From the human T2T-CHM13v2.0 reference genome, Homo sapiens, in NCBI RefSeq assembly GCF_009914755.1, contig NC_060929.1: 64,000 bases of DNA; one strand, given 5' to 3'. The notes under the pieces are model-generated. The model did no database searches, was not told the origin of the DNA, and worked only from the letters and a program-made list of their open reading frames with translations. The position numbers were made by a program, and so were the translations under genes. Below, piece after piece: positions 1-14,359 of this stretch (the stretch's first letter is position 1; each line of letters starts with the position of its first letter).

Positions 1-272
1 AAGTATCTTTCATGAGCAAATATAATTATTCTGGTGAAACTATGTGAGGACCAAAGTCACTGAAAAGTTTATGACTTACTGTAACTGTAAGAATAGAAAC
101 ACAAATTTGGCACACCAGTGCACATTATCAGTTTTTAAAAGCTACATTTTAAAAATAAATGTATAATAACTGTGGGATCTGCACTGATTGGACAGGAAAT
201 GTATAATGAAACATGACTTTGGAAAAATTACAGCATGCGCACCCATTGGGCAATATGACATGAATTACAAAT

Positions 273-481
273 ATTACAAAGTGAATTCATTCTGTTGTTT
301 TCTTTTTCAATGATTACTTATTCTGTCATCTGTTAATACTGATCATAAATTGTGTCACTTCCAGGAAAGTTTCTCTAATTACAAAGTGAATTCATTCTGT
401 TGTTTTCTTTTCAATGATTACTTATTCTGTCTTCTGTTAATATTGATCATAAATTGTGTCACTTCCAGGAAAGGTTCCCTA
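273..481. repeat. Tandem duplication of a ~105-bp unique sequence (2 copies)
   Basis: attacaaagtgaattcattctgttg...acttccaggaaag starts at 273 and again at 378, with a few substitutions and a 1-bp indel. Confidence 0.93.
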
Positions 482-1313
482 ATAAATCCAGAGGAACAAA
501 TAACACTCTCCCAATGAAAGCTTGTTTTACTCCACAGTGAGTCATCATGGACATGACCTTTCTTTTGCCATCGTATGAAAAGATGTGCAGATATTGGCTC
601 TGCACTTCCACATCCAGCTAAATCCCTCCTCAGCTCTGAAGTCTGGCTACACAAATCTGTAACCATCTTCTTGTTTCAGGAACTCTTGTGGCATGGTTGT
701 CTAAAGTACATAGTTGATCAAAAGCATATATTAACTTACCTTGCTTTGCATCTTTCTAAATATAAATTCTGACTACATCTAGGTGTGATTCTCTTACATC
801 TGATACTTCTCTGCAACTTTTGTCTCAGCATAGTAACCACCTAATTGGGCCAACATACAAATCCTTGAGGAAATTAATGAAGAACTGACGGTTAAGAAAC
901 CTTCCTGATAATTTAACTCTTGCTTCCCTGAACAGATTCACTCCTTTCACGACAGGGAAGGTGTTTTGATTCCTCTAATTTCTTCAGTTTAACACACTGA
1001 TAGACCAGAGGGACAGGAAGAAATTGTTTAATAAATCTCTCCATAGCTGTCCTCGCTCTCACATTTGCCCTCACACTCAACCTTATTCTACTATCAAGAG
1101 TCAAAAAGTGCCATCGGCACCTGGCTCCTCTACCTCCTTGTGATGGTCCCTGTCTTCAGTTGGAGCAATCAATTAGGAAAGCTCATATATTTCCCTTTTC
1201 AAGTAACTGATAAGATCTTATGAGGCCTGCCTTTCTCTACTCCTGTTAGCAAGTAATTAACTTTGGAATTACGAAACACCAAATCCCCAAAGGGCAACAA
1301 TAACAACCACAGA

Positions 1314-2110
1314 ATGCAGCCAAAAAACATATGAAAAAATGCTCATCATCACTGGCCATCAGAGAAATGCAAATCAAAACCACAATAAGATACCATCTCA
1401 CACCAGTTAGAATGGCGATCATTAAAAAGTCAGGAAACAACAGGTGCTGGAGAGGATGTGGAGAAATAGGAACACTTTTACACTGTTGGTGGGACTGTAA
1501 ACTAGTTCAACCACTGTGGAAGTCGGTGTGGCAATTCCTTAGGGATCTAGAACTAGAAATACCATTTGACCCAGCCATCCCATTACTGGGTATATGCCCA
1601 AAGGATTATAAATCATGCTGCTATAAAGACACATGCACACATATGTTTATTGCGGCACTATTCAGAACAGCAAAGACTTGGAACCAACCCAAATGTCCAA
1701 CAATGATAGACTGGATTAAGAAAATGTGGCACATATACACCATGGAATACTATGCAGCCATAAAAAATGATGAGTTCATATCCTTTGTAGGGACATGGAT
1801 GAAGCTGGAAACCATCATTCTCAGCAAACTATCACAAGGACAAAAAACCAAACACCACATGTTCTCACTCATAGGTGGGAATTGAACAATGAGAACACAT
1901 GGACACAGGAAGGGGAACATCACACTCAGGACTGTTGTGGGGTGGGGGGAGTGGGGAGGGATAGCATTAGGAGATATATCTAATGCTAAATGACAAGTTA
2001 ATGGGTGCAGCACACCAACATGGCACATGTATACATATGTAACAAACCTGCACGTTCTGCACATGTACCCTAAAACTTAAAGTATAATAAAAATAAAAAA
2101 ATAAAATAAA
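1314..2110 (+). mobile_element. 5'-truncated L1PA (3' end of ORF2, 3'UTR, A-rich tail)
   Basis: ORF 1331-1885 is the L1 ORF2 C-terminus ([16 protein letters not shown]...SLIGGN). TSD aataacaaccacagaa at 1299-1314 and 2111-2126. Confidence 0.95.
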
Positions 2111-3615
2111 AATAACAACCACAGAAACCCAAACCAAACAAAGAAAACAAAAAGCCCCAAAGATCAACCTTTCAGCCTGAGGCTGCTCATAATACACATT
2201 GCAAAGATCTTCATTCCTCTCTTAAAAATGTAAAAGAGGGAAATGACACAGGTTATTTAACATATTGTCCTTGGGCTTTGATATAATTTGCTTGTGAAGA
2301 GTTGATAGGCAAGACCTGTTTTCTAATTAGGTAAATTTGAAAAAGCCCCAAATGAGCTAATCTCGCTGGTTCTAGCTGAATCTTTGGTTTAGCTCCTGAG
2401 TTGCTGGAACTTGCATTCTAATTTAGTTCTATCTTCCCAGTAAAACTGTCCTGAGAGGTCCTGGACTGTCGCCCCACAGTGCAATGGTCCTAGGAAAGTG
2501 ATAGGGCACCAAACAGCTTCAACACCTACCAAATCAGTTAGCGGAACGTTGCAATTAATGGTCCTTTCCTAAAGATTAATAATGAATATCAGTGCATTAA
2601 GACGTAGATTATCTTTTGTACAAAAAAAAAAAAAAAAAACGCAACAAACAAAACACTTTCCTTTTCTAATCTTATGCAAATCCTCCAGCATTCTAAAGGC
2701 ATGCTTTATAAAGTACTGGGATACATATCGAAAACATTTCTTAGATGCTTTAAATAAATTCTCCCTTCATCTGAGTCTTAGAATTCATCTACTAATTACT
2801 TTAATAATTTAGGAGGCTTGGATGAATTGGGAAGGGCTCAAATTTATATTCACCCAAAGGAAATATGGATTAAGAAGATTGCTTTCTTATGGGCCTTTTC
2901 TCCAGAGATAGTTGTCTGAATTAAGGATGAAAATGTCAGGTCAAACTCATTTCTTATTACAATCTAGCAATCTAAATGGCAGCTGTTGAGATGAGTCCAG
3001 AGAGGGTTACATTCAGATTTCTAATCAAGGGAACACCTTTATTGACTACTTAATAATCAATTCTTCTTCGCATCTCTTTAACTTTCAGGAGAATAATTTT
3101 TACTAGATTAAAGTGGTCACCTCTTTTTAAAGTAACTTTGACCCTAGGTATAGCCACCCCTCCCGCCGACACACACACACATACACACTTTGGTATTGAG
3201 ATCTATTTTAGTGATTTATCTATCTACATAGCAAGCTGTTCCTCCCAAAAAGAACAGTATACATAATGGAAAAGTTATAAATATATACATCAATCATTTT
3301 CCTCTTCAGAGCATAGTTAGCATAGTTATGCTTTTTAATTCTCCTTTACATTTCCTTACCTAACTGAAAAGGCTACAAAAGTAACTTACTAAAGAATCTC
3401 ACATACACATACATATACCAACAGTTCCTACTCTTAGGTAGAATAAAGAAAAAAAGTTATATGCATCTTTCAAAAGAAGTAAAAGTAAGTCAGAGAGAGA
3501 GTTTCTACTTTTAGTTAGATTCAAGAAAAAATTACACATACTTTTAAAAAGAATTCAAAGTCAGTCAGAGAAAGAAAATGTCCAATCGAAAAGAAATACA
3601 TTAAAACTAAAGACA

Positions 3616-5595
3616 GTTGTAATGTCTCCTTTTTTATTTCTGATGTTGTTTATTTGGATCTTCTTTCTTCTTTTCTTGGTTAGTCTGGTTAGTGATTTAC
3701 CAATTCTGTTATCTTTTCAAAAAAATTCTTCATTTTGTGATCCTTTTTTTTCAATTTCCATTTTGTTTAGTTCTGCTTTTATCTTCATCATGTCTTTCTT
3801 TCTGCTAATTTGGGGCTTGTTATTTCTTGATTTTCTAGTTATTTGTGGTACAACATTAGATTGTTTATTTAAAACCTTTCTACTTTTTAAGGTAAACATT
3901 TACTGATATATACTTCCTTCTTAGTATTGCTTTTGCCGTATCTCACACGTTTCCATTTTCACTATTTCAAGAAATGTTTTGATTTCCATCTTAATTTCTT
4001 CATTGACCTAATGATTGTTCAGGAGCATACTGTTTAGTTTCCATGTATATATAGTTTCCAAAGTTCCTCTTGGTATTGATTTCTAGTTTCATTCCATTGT
4101 AGTTTGAGAAGATACTTGATATAATTTCAACTTTTAAAAATTTGTTGAGACTTGTTTTGTGGGCTAACATATGGTCTATCAAGAATGTTCTATTCGCTGA
4201 TGAGAACGTTGTATATTTGGCAGTTGTTGGCTAAAATGTTCTGTAAAGGTTTGTTAGGTCCATTTGGCCTAAGTCAGCTAAACAGAAATACAAAAGATCA
4301 CCAGAGACTACTAGTAACAACTACATGCTAACAAACTCGAAGGCCTAAAGAAAATGGATACATTCCTAAAAACATACAACCTACCAAGATTGAATTTAGA
4401 AGAAATAGAAAACCTGCACAGACCAATAATGAATAGTGAGATTGAACCAGTAATAAAAAGTCTCCCAACAACAAAAAGCCCAGGATTAGATGAAATCATT
4501 GCCTAATTCTACCAAATGTATAAAGAAGAACTAATACCAATCCTCCCCAAGTTATTCCAAATAATTGAAGACGAGGAAATTCTTCCTAACTAATTCTATG
4601 AGGCATTCTATGAGGCCAGTATTATCCTGATACCAAAACCAAACAAGGGCACAATAAAAAAAGAAAACTATAGGCCCAAATTCATGATGAATATAGATGC
4701 AAAAATCCTCAAGAAAATACTACCAAAACATATTCAATAACACAACAAAAATACAATACACCATAACCAAGTGAGATTTATACCAGGGATGCAAAGATTT
4801 ATAATGAGGATGTGTGAATCAATCAACATGATACATCACATAAACAGAAAGATGGACAAAAACCATATGATAATCTCAATAGATGCAGAGAAAGTATTTG
4901 ATAAAATTTCATATCCTTTCATAATAAAAACTCTCAAGAAACTAGGCATTAAAAGACCATACCTTGAAATAGTAAAGGTCATATATGATTAAGCCACAGC
5001 TACACAAATTTAATATTTAGGAAAACTAAAAGACTCTACCAAAAAATTATTAGAACTGATAAACAATTTCAGTATACATAATGGAATACTAATGGAATAC
5101 TATTTGATCATAATACAAATGAAATCATGTCATTTGCAGCAACATGGATAGAACTGGAGGTCATGATGTCAAGTGAAATAAGCCAGGCACAGACAGACAG
5201 ACAGATAAATTGCCACATGTTCTCACTCATATATGGCATCTAAAATACTTTATCTCATCAACATACTATAGTAATAGAATAATAGATACTAGAGGTTGGG
5301 AAGGTGTGAGGCTAGGAGAAAGAAATGAAGAGAGGTTGGGAAATGAGTACATACAGTTATATAGAAGAAATAAATACTAAAGTTCAATAGCAGTGACTAT
5401 AGTTAGCAACAATGTACTATATATTTCAAAATAGCTAGAAGAGAGAACTTGAATTGTTACCAACACATAGAAATGATAAACACTCAAAGTAATGGACAAC
5501 TCAAAACTATGACTTCATTATTATTCATTCTATGCTTGTAACAAATACAAGTACACCATAAATATGTAAAATACTATGTATCAATAAATGAAAAC
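3616..5595 (+). mobile_element. Older L1 (L1MA-like) with 5' inversion (3616-~4277 antisense, ~4281-5595 sense) and internal deletions
   Basis: Minus-strand ORFs 3717-3899 and 4000-4182 and plus-strand ORF 4771-4992 ([15 protein letters not shown]) are degenerate ORF2. L1MA-type 3'UTR at 5200-5590. TSD aactaaagaca at 3605-3615 and 5596-5606. Confidence 0.85.
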
Positions 5596-7757
5596 AACTA
5601 AAGACAAAAATAATAACTTATTTAAAAATGAGTCTAAAGAAGTGTCTGACACAAGTTCTGGGGAGCTAACGTACAACACGAGTGATGATGATGGATGTGT
5701 TACTAAACTGGATTATGATAATGATTACAAAATACATGTATATATGGAATTATCGTGTGGTATATCTTGAATAGATACAATTTTTACTTCTCAATTAAAT
5801 ATTTTAAAATATAAACAAAAAGCAAACAAAAAAGAGATGACTGACAAATGCATTCTTTGCATTTGAAGATCTACTTAATTGTAAGAATTACTTATGATGT
5901 ATACATCATAAACAATGTACAGAGTAGTACACAAATTACCTTTGACACATCTTTAAATTAATTTAACTTTATATATTTCGAGGAACAAATAGATATTGGA
6001 CAGCACAAATTTAGTCGAAACCCTATAATGTATTATAGCAACTTGTCTTTTGCAAGAGTATAGCTACTGAGTAATATTTTAGCATATATGTTTCTACTAA
6101 TTTAACAATTTCAAAACTGAACAAAAGTTTAAGTATAGGCTATTTGCTTGTGTATTGTCCCTCCCACCCTGTAAGAGCATGCTTAGTGTAAATGAAAAAA
6201 ATGCATTTGGCTACTCAGATTGCATTGAAATTTGAAGCTGAAGAGATTTGTTCTTTTCAAGAAACAACTGGGTATCAAGGTTCCCATTAGTCTTATTAGA
6301 CTTTTCCTCTGCACTGTATACTGTGGACCCATTTACTAACTGACATGGGGTAAAATGACAAATTATCTCATTATTAATGAAAAAACCCATAAAATTATTT
6401 CCATATTTAAATCACTTGCAAGATTACAGTTCAAATGACACAATAGCACTGCACAATTTAAACTCAAACCTTTCTGTAAAGCTGAAAAGCAGATTAAATT
6501 TGAATAATTAATTTTAATGTTTTCATTTATATGTAGTGCATTAAAATTTTACTTACTCTGAGCCATTAACGATGGACTGTAACTCAATTTCTAGGATTTA
6601 GAGATTATTTCAGCACAGATTAGCTTTGGTATTTATACCAGGCAAACCTTATCAGAGGCAATGCAAAATTTGTAAGTATACTTCATTCTTAATTGGCCTG
6701 ATGCAGCATGCTATGACTAAGCAGACCATTCATAGAAAATCGCTCTCCAAGTTATTGTATTTATTTTCTGGAAAATATTCTTTGTTCATTAAATTTCAAT
6801 CACTTTTTAAATACAACCTGGTACTTTGACATTACTGTTAATAGCCTATCTTAAAATCAAACATCATTTAGAACAACCAAGAAAAATGTTTTAATAAGCT
6901 TCCTTTAGCATCAAGTGCCTCATTTGCTCTTTCCTTCTGTCTAGTAATACATCAAGTTTTCAATCATTTATTAATTCATTTAATTACTATTTGCTGAGCA
7001 CCCATTATATATAGGGCCCTGCCCCAGGTTTGTTTCAGGGTATAAATGTGTAAGTGCAAAACCTAGTCCTGTTGTCATTGACCCCACAGTAAGGGTGACA
7101 TGGTATAAGGCAGGCAGCGTGGTAAAAGCTGGAGTAGGGAGAAAGGGCACTGACAAGGAATCAGAATCCAGGAGTTTCTATCATGAATCTCTGACTTGGG
7201 GTCCAAGTAGAAGAAAACCTCAGTCCATAATAGTTCAAATATTTAGTGAAAATTAGTATTTCACACAACATGAAATATCAAAATACGGTAGCTCTAGGGT
7301 TGCTTAATTCAGGGGCCCATTAGCACCCTTAAGAACACAAGTTCTTTCTATTTTTTTTTTTCACTCTATTACCTTTTGAGTATTGACTTTTATCTCTCTA
7401 AGTAGCTTCCTTCAATATTCCAAGATGACTGACAAAATTTGGGGCATTAAGAGCCAACATGACAACGCTCAACCTTTAGTATTCAACAAAATGACATTTA
7501 CCTAAAGAAGAGCTATCTCTCTCTCTCTCCCTTTTTTTCTTTTGGAACTCCTACTTTTAGCAAGGAAACCTTTCCCAGAAGCCCTCCAGTAGACATTTTT
7601 GTGTCCTGTTGGCAAGAAATGGATTATGTCCCCACCCTTAAATGTATCCCTTGAAATGAGTTTACCTTGAAGGACTTGACTTGCTGCAGTGACCTCGGCT
7701 AAGCAACTCAATCTCTCTAAACATCAGCTTCTTTCTCTACAGCATTTTCCTCTAGTC

Positions 7758-8194
7758 CAGGGGTCCCCAACCCCTGGGCCATGAACCAGTACTGGTCAGT
7801 GGCCTGTTAGGACTTGGGTTGCAACAGCAGGATGTGAATGTCAGGCAAGGGAGCGAAGCTTCATCTGTATTTATAGCCACTCCACATCACTCCCATTACC
7901 GCCTGAGCTCCACCTCCTGTCAGATCAGCAGATCATCAGACTGTCACTATCTCCCATCACCCCCAGATAAAACTGTCTAGTGGCAGGAAAACAAGCTCAG
8001 GGCTCCCACTGACTCTATATTATGGTGAGTTGTATAATTATTTCATTATATATTACAATGTAATAATAATAAAAATATAGTGCAAAATAAATGTAATGCA
8101 CTTGAATCATCCTGAAACTATTCCCAACCCAGTCTGTGGAAAAATTGTCTTCCACTAAATTGGTCCCTGGTACCAAAAAGGTTGGGGTCCACTG
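7758..8194 (+). mobile_element. MER1A-like hAT-Charlie DNA transposon
   Basis: Terminal inverted repeats caggggtccccaacc ... ggttggggtccactg; internal ggcctgttagg and cattaccgcctgagctcc match remembered MER1. Confidence 0.85.
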
Positions 8195-8574
8195 CTCTGC
8201 TTCTAGTACTACCTCTATGCACCCATGCTACTGAAGTCATGCACTTGCCAACAGAATCAAAGATAAATTATATGAAAGCAATTATGCCAGCATAATGTAT
8301 TAGGCAAATATTTGGCATCATGATTGTATGTAATATGATTATATGTGATAGGATATTATTTTAGGGATACTCTAAAACCATGTACACACAAGAGTGGGCC
8401 TTTGCCACAGTGAGTTTAAAGTGTGTTCCTTGCAGCCTTTGCCACATCACTAAAAATGGGCAAATCATATTTTCTTAAAGGAATTAATTGGGACTGAACA
8501 ATGGCTCATTGGGTTTGGGTTTCTTGCCTGAAAAAATATGACATAAATTTGGTTTCATAAAAAAAATTCTGTTA

Positions 8575-8777
8575 CCTTGCTACTCAACGTGTGGTCTCTG
8601 GATGGGCAGCATTGGCATGACCTGGGGACTGGTTAGAAATGCAGAATATATGGATTTCTTTCTCACTCCAGGAATATCCAAGATGATCTCACTAAAGGAT
8701 GTACTGACTCAGAATCTGCATTTTAACAAGATGTCCAGGTAATTCATATGCACACTGACTTTTGTAGGACACCACTG
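8575..8777. mobile_element. MER5A-like hAT MITE
   Basis: Characteristic gttagaaatgcagaat ... agaatctgcattttaacaag internal inverted motif. Confidence 0.7.
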
Positions 8778-9382
8778 TTGGAGAATATAAGATTTCTGTT
8801 TTGATCCCACAGATATTTTAAATCTCACTATTTCATTAGAATTATGCTAACATTGATGCTTTATGAAAAGAGCATTTTCTGAAGCAAATAGCACTGAGCC
8901 AATTTAATTATTTAATCAATTTCCTTTTCAGAGAATATTTGTTTCCATCTTTCTTTTTTATCTTCATAAAATTATTTATTCCATGTTTCAATTTTACAAC
9001 AGAGATTCAGTTCAGTCATCATTTTTTTTCATGGAGTTTTACTATTTAACCTTCTGCCTCTGCATTTTTCTTGTGGGCATTTCTACCAAGTTCAATTTTC
9101 TTGGATTAAATTTATTAGGTCTAACTTTTTTCAAAATATTTGATTATTCTTTTAATATTCAGTCAGTACAAAATTTTGCTATCTCTGGATTTAGTCAAAG
9201 CCAATCTTATTTTCACTTGATTATTTCCAACTGTAATTTTCACCGTGAACTAAATAAAATCTGCTTCAAATCATTTAAATAGCTGCAACTATTTTGATAC
9301 ATCATCTACTAAGTTCTTAAACAGAAAAACCACGCCTTATCTTCATTAGGCTCAAAATGTCTCATGTAAGAATGTATCTTGT

Positions 9383-9670
9383 CCAGCACTTTGGGAAACC
9401 AAGGCAGGCTGATCACTTGAGCCCAGGAGTTTGAGACCAGCCTGGCAACATGGCAAAACCCGTCTCTACTTAAAAAAATAAAAAATACAAAAAATTAGCC
9501 AGGTATGGTGACATGCGCCTGTACTCTGAGCTGCTTGGGAGGCTGAGGTGGGAGGATCACCTGAGCCCAAGAGGCAGAATCTACAGTAAGTTGTGGTGGT
9601 GCCACTGCACTCCAGCCTGGGTGGTGGGCTGAGACCCTGTCTCAATAAACAAAGAAATAAGTAAATATAA
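9383..9670 (+). mobile_element. Alu (AluJ-like), 5'-truncated
   Basis: ccagcactttggga...cacttgagcccaggagtttgagaccagcc; dimeric with degenerate tail. Confidence 0.9.
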
Positions 9671-10094
9671 AGGGACATATCTTGCTTTAGCTCTGGTGTC
9701 CTTTGAGCTCAAGCTAGATTACATTAGCTATGTTATATACAATATAAAGACATTACCATGGAGAACAGCATGTGTCGCTTACTATAAGAGTGTCTACAAG
9801 TTAAAATACTACTGAAGTATAAGCCCCAAAAGGGTAATCTATATCTCATTCATGTTTATCCCCCTGTAAGAATCTGTGGTGCATCACAAGTGTTCAAAAC
9901 ATTTGAGTTGCAGAGAGAGATTACAAACACAGCAGTCTTCAAACATATGCTGTAAGAATTCAGAGAAGGGAAGCTTGGTCCTATCTGTGTTTCTAGATAG
10001 TTTTCATGTACTAGTTGGCATCCCTTCTGGAAGGTATAGCATAGTTCAAAGATGGAGATGGAAATGTCTAGTGCTTTTTATGGGACACCATCCA

Positions 10095-10142
10095 TTTTTA
10101 TTTTATTTTATTTTATTTTATTTTATTTTATTTTATTTTATT
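10095..10142. repeat. (TTTTA)n microsatellite
   Basis: About 9 perfect pentamer units. Confidence 0.95.
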
Positions 10143-10774
10143 AAGTGTAAAATTCTTATGAGATAGCCTTGAAATGTAAATTTGGGAAAATAGGGACACT
10201 TTGAAGGGGAATCTGAGCATGCTGATCAGTGAGAATTGATCTGGTAGCGAAGTGCTTATTATACAGGATAGACAGCAGGGAGTGGGATGAGAGAGGGAAG
10301 TGGTAAAAAACTGATAGTGTAATTAGTATAAATGATATTGCAGAGGCAATATGAGTCTGAACTCAAAAAAGAAAATCTGAAGTGAAATAAAAAGGGTGGA
10401 TCCTGAAGACACTTTGTAATATTGGTGCCCCTGACCCTTGGGCCTCTTGTTTCCATGCTGTATGTTGTCTCTGAGGAATTTAACCTTTCCTCAAAGTATT
10501 TGTCTACTCTTTCCTGAACTGTGGACAACACTGAATTCACTTAAGACTGACTCCTGGGCATTTCTACTACCATATTTTATATGAACTCCAGTGTCCCAAG
10601 AATAATCCTCCACGTTTTTTCCTAAATTAAGATTTCTTTTTTTGGTGACTGCATTGTGAAATGTAATAATCGGCCTCATACACTACTATCCATGCAGGAC
10701 TATCAATTTTATCATGTAATTCCCTCCCCCATTTTTTTCCTGCCTATTCCTACTTTCCTTGCTTTACTCAGGGG

Positions 10775-11120
10775 CTTATTATTTCCCGTCTGCCTTTATA
10801 GTATTTTCCTAACTGGTCTTCCTGTCTAGTGTCTCCATCCTCCAAGTCCATTCTTCACATAGTAGCCAGATTAATCATTCTGGATTGCAAATCTAACCAT
10901 GTCACCCTTTGACTTAAAATCTTCCAATGGTTCCTAAATCTTGCTTTCAGGAAACGTAGTGAGTTATTATTGAAAAGGCAATATGATTTAGAATCAGACA
11001 TGTAAACTTAAGTCTTGATTCTACCATACGTTAGTCATATGGCCTTGAGCAAGCTCTTTATCTGACCCTCAGTTTCAAAAAATTTACTTTATCTAAGACT
11101 ATTCTGAAAATTAAGTGAAA
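10775..11120. mobile_element. Degenerate L2 fragment followed by a MIR fragment
   Basis: cctaactggtcttcctg...aaatcttccaatggttcc is L2-like; ttagaatcagac...ccttgagcaag...cctcagtttc is MIR core-like. Boundaries approximate. Confidence 0.5.
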
Positions 11121-11385
11121 TTATACACACATACACACAGACACACACACACGTGACATAATCAATGGATACTTTATTAGAAAATGTTTAAACTTCAAAA
11201 AAAGTCCAAAGTTTTCTGATAATCTAAACATACAAACACATATATGTATGTATATGTGTGTAAAATATACAGTCACACACATGTATATATTCATGTAAAC
11301 ACGGAGTCTTAAATATATATATATACATAGATATACTAGTATATATAATATTGCTTTGTACAATCTCAAACTTGAATAAGATTCA

Positions 11386-12047
<662 letters not shown>

Positions 12048-13424
12048 ATCCATCCATATTGAAGTCCTAAGTGTAGATATATACATATTTACCTTTCATG
12101 AAAAATAATAGAAATAAAAGCATAAAAATGAAAATTCCCTCAATGCTTTTATCAAAGGGAGTATTAAACTTTCATAAGGCTAAGTTATACGTTCACTTTG
12201 AGAAATTTAACCCTCAAAAGGGTTAAGATTAAGCGGATAATACTGAAATAACAGCAAGAAAAACTTCTATTATGGCAGGCTGCATTAATTAAAGTCTGTA
12301 TCTACAAGTCAGAGGCAGGGACATCCTCACAGGGCACTCTACTCAAAATGATTAGAACATTTATGGAGCATTGTATACAATTCTGGAGACAACACTTTAA
12401 AAGATCTATTTAAAAAATTGCACCCAGGGAAAGATAAATAAGTTTGCTAATGATACCATATTCTATTTCAAATGCAAGTACAAGAAAGTGGCAAGAAACT
12501 CAGAAAAACTTTGTTTAAGGAAGATAAATCTAATAATTAGAATAATCCAGCAATGAATGGAGTTATCTGATTGAAATTATCTGGGTACAGGCTCGATGAT
12601 CATATATCTCTAAAGGTCATGCTTAAATGACTCCAAACCAGGACTTACTCGGATTTGAATGACCTAAAAGTCCCTTTCTAAAACAATGATGTAATTTTCA
12701 GACAAAAAGATAAATGCAGTGCAACACTAGTTATGGTACAAAGATACTTTTGTTTTTCTTTTGTGTTTATTTGTGCACTTTTAGTTCAGAAGTGGTTTTT
12801 AAATCTCCTATGTAGCACACTTTATAATTACACATATCTTTGTGTATCTAAAACATAAGTTCTTTAAAAATTAATTACGTTTCTCAGAAAGATCAAAGCA
12901 TTGATCTACATTTTTTTCATGTTCAACCTTGTAACCTTTACTTCACAAACGTTAAACATGAGGTTAAATGGTGTTCCTTAAGGAGTAAATGCATCAGGAG
13001 TTATTCTAAAAATGTCTTGTCTACTAAGCAAAGCAATTTTCCAAGATACAGTTGGGATATGAAAAAATCGCACAAGAACATGTATACTGAATTTCTGTTT
13101 ATTCCTAGGGCTGTATTTATACTGTCATAATATAGAAGAATTTCAAACATACTAATTTAAATGTGTATCTTAAAGTAACTGACAGATTATGCTGCAATGC
13201 TATACATTTTCAGAATTGGTATCCTAGTATCAATTCTGAATTCTATAATAGCAGACTCACAGGGGACCTAAGGGCTGGGAAGCAATCACAGCCTAGTGAG
13301 TGGTGTTAGCCTACACCTCCTGACTGCCTTCCTCTCAACTTCTCACACAACCTTGACCGTTTTCAGATTCTCCCACGTCTTCTGGCTTCAGTACACTTCT
13401 GTATGCTTGACTAGAGTCAGTCAT

Positions 13425-13817
13425 TGTACTAGTGTGCTAGGGCTGCCATAACAAAGTGCCACCAACTCCTTGGCTTAAAAAAACAACATTTTTTTTTCTC
13501 ACAGTGCTGGATGGAGGCTGGTAGTCCAAGATCAAGGTGTTGCCAAGGTTGGTTTCTTTTCAGGCCTGTTACTGGCTTGTGAATGGCCATCTTCTCTCCA
13601 TGTCTTCACATGGTCTTTCCTGTGTGGGTGTCTGTGTCCTAATCTCCTCTTCTTTTAAGGACACTGGTCATATTAGACTTGGGCTTAACCTTATGACATC
13701 ATTTTACCCCAATTACCTATTTAAAGATGCTATCTCCAAATATAATCACATTCTGAGATAGTTGGGGTTAGGACTTAAATATATAAATTTTGGGGCGACA
13801 CAATTCAGCCCATAACA
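13425..13817 (-). mobile_element. MLT1-type MaLR LTR
   Basis: ctagggctgccataacaaag...tccaagatcaaggtg...caattcagcccataaca. Confidence 0.8.
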
Positions 13818-14048
13818 GTAACAAATAGTAATACACTAAGCTGATTTTTTAAAATATGAAATAAGTAATTGTTTGACATATTTTTCAAGCTTTGACTGGA
13901 TGTTTTGGCATTAAGAAATTTTGCTAAATTCAAAAAGATGGATAATAATTTTTTACTTTAGAAAATTGTATTTTCAGACAAATTTTGGATACATTTTTGT
14001 GGCTGTGACTTAGTTGGTAAATCTACCCATGCAACACTTATCACCAGA

Positions 14049-14359
14049 TGTTAAGGACTAAATGCTTAGTTTTCTTTGGAAGGTAATTTGGTCATGAATG
14101 TGGAGTCTTCATGAATGGAACTGGTATCCATGCAAGAAGAGACACGAGAGGTTCCTCTTTCTCTGCTGTCTACCATGTGAGGACACATCAAGAAGATGGT
14201 CATCTAGGAACCACGAAGAGTGTCCTCACCAGAACCCTACCATGCTGGCACTCTGATCTCAGGTTTTCCAGGATCTAGAAGAGTGAAAAGTAAATTTCCT
14301 TTTTTTAAGTCACCCAGTCTGTAGTATTTTTGTTATAGCAGCCCAAACTGACAAAGACA
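14049..14359 (+). mobile_element. MLT1A-type MaLR LTR
   Basis: TG...CA ends, ccatgtgaggacac and ttgttatagcagccc motifs. Perfect 5-bp TSD ccaga at 14044-14048 and 14360-14364. Confidence 0.8.

Noticed and set aside
6400-6800. Repeat-free stretches (also ~19250-19600 and ~29250-29550) that might be conserved enhancers
   Set aside because: Conservation cannot be judged from one sequence; needs a multi-species alignment.
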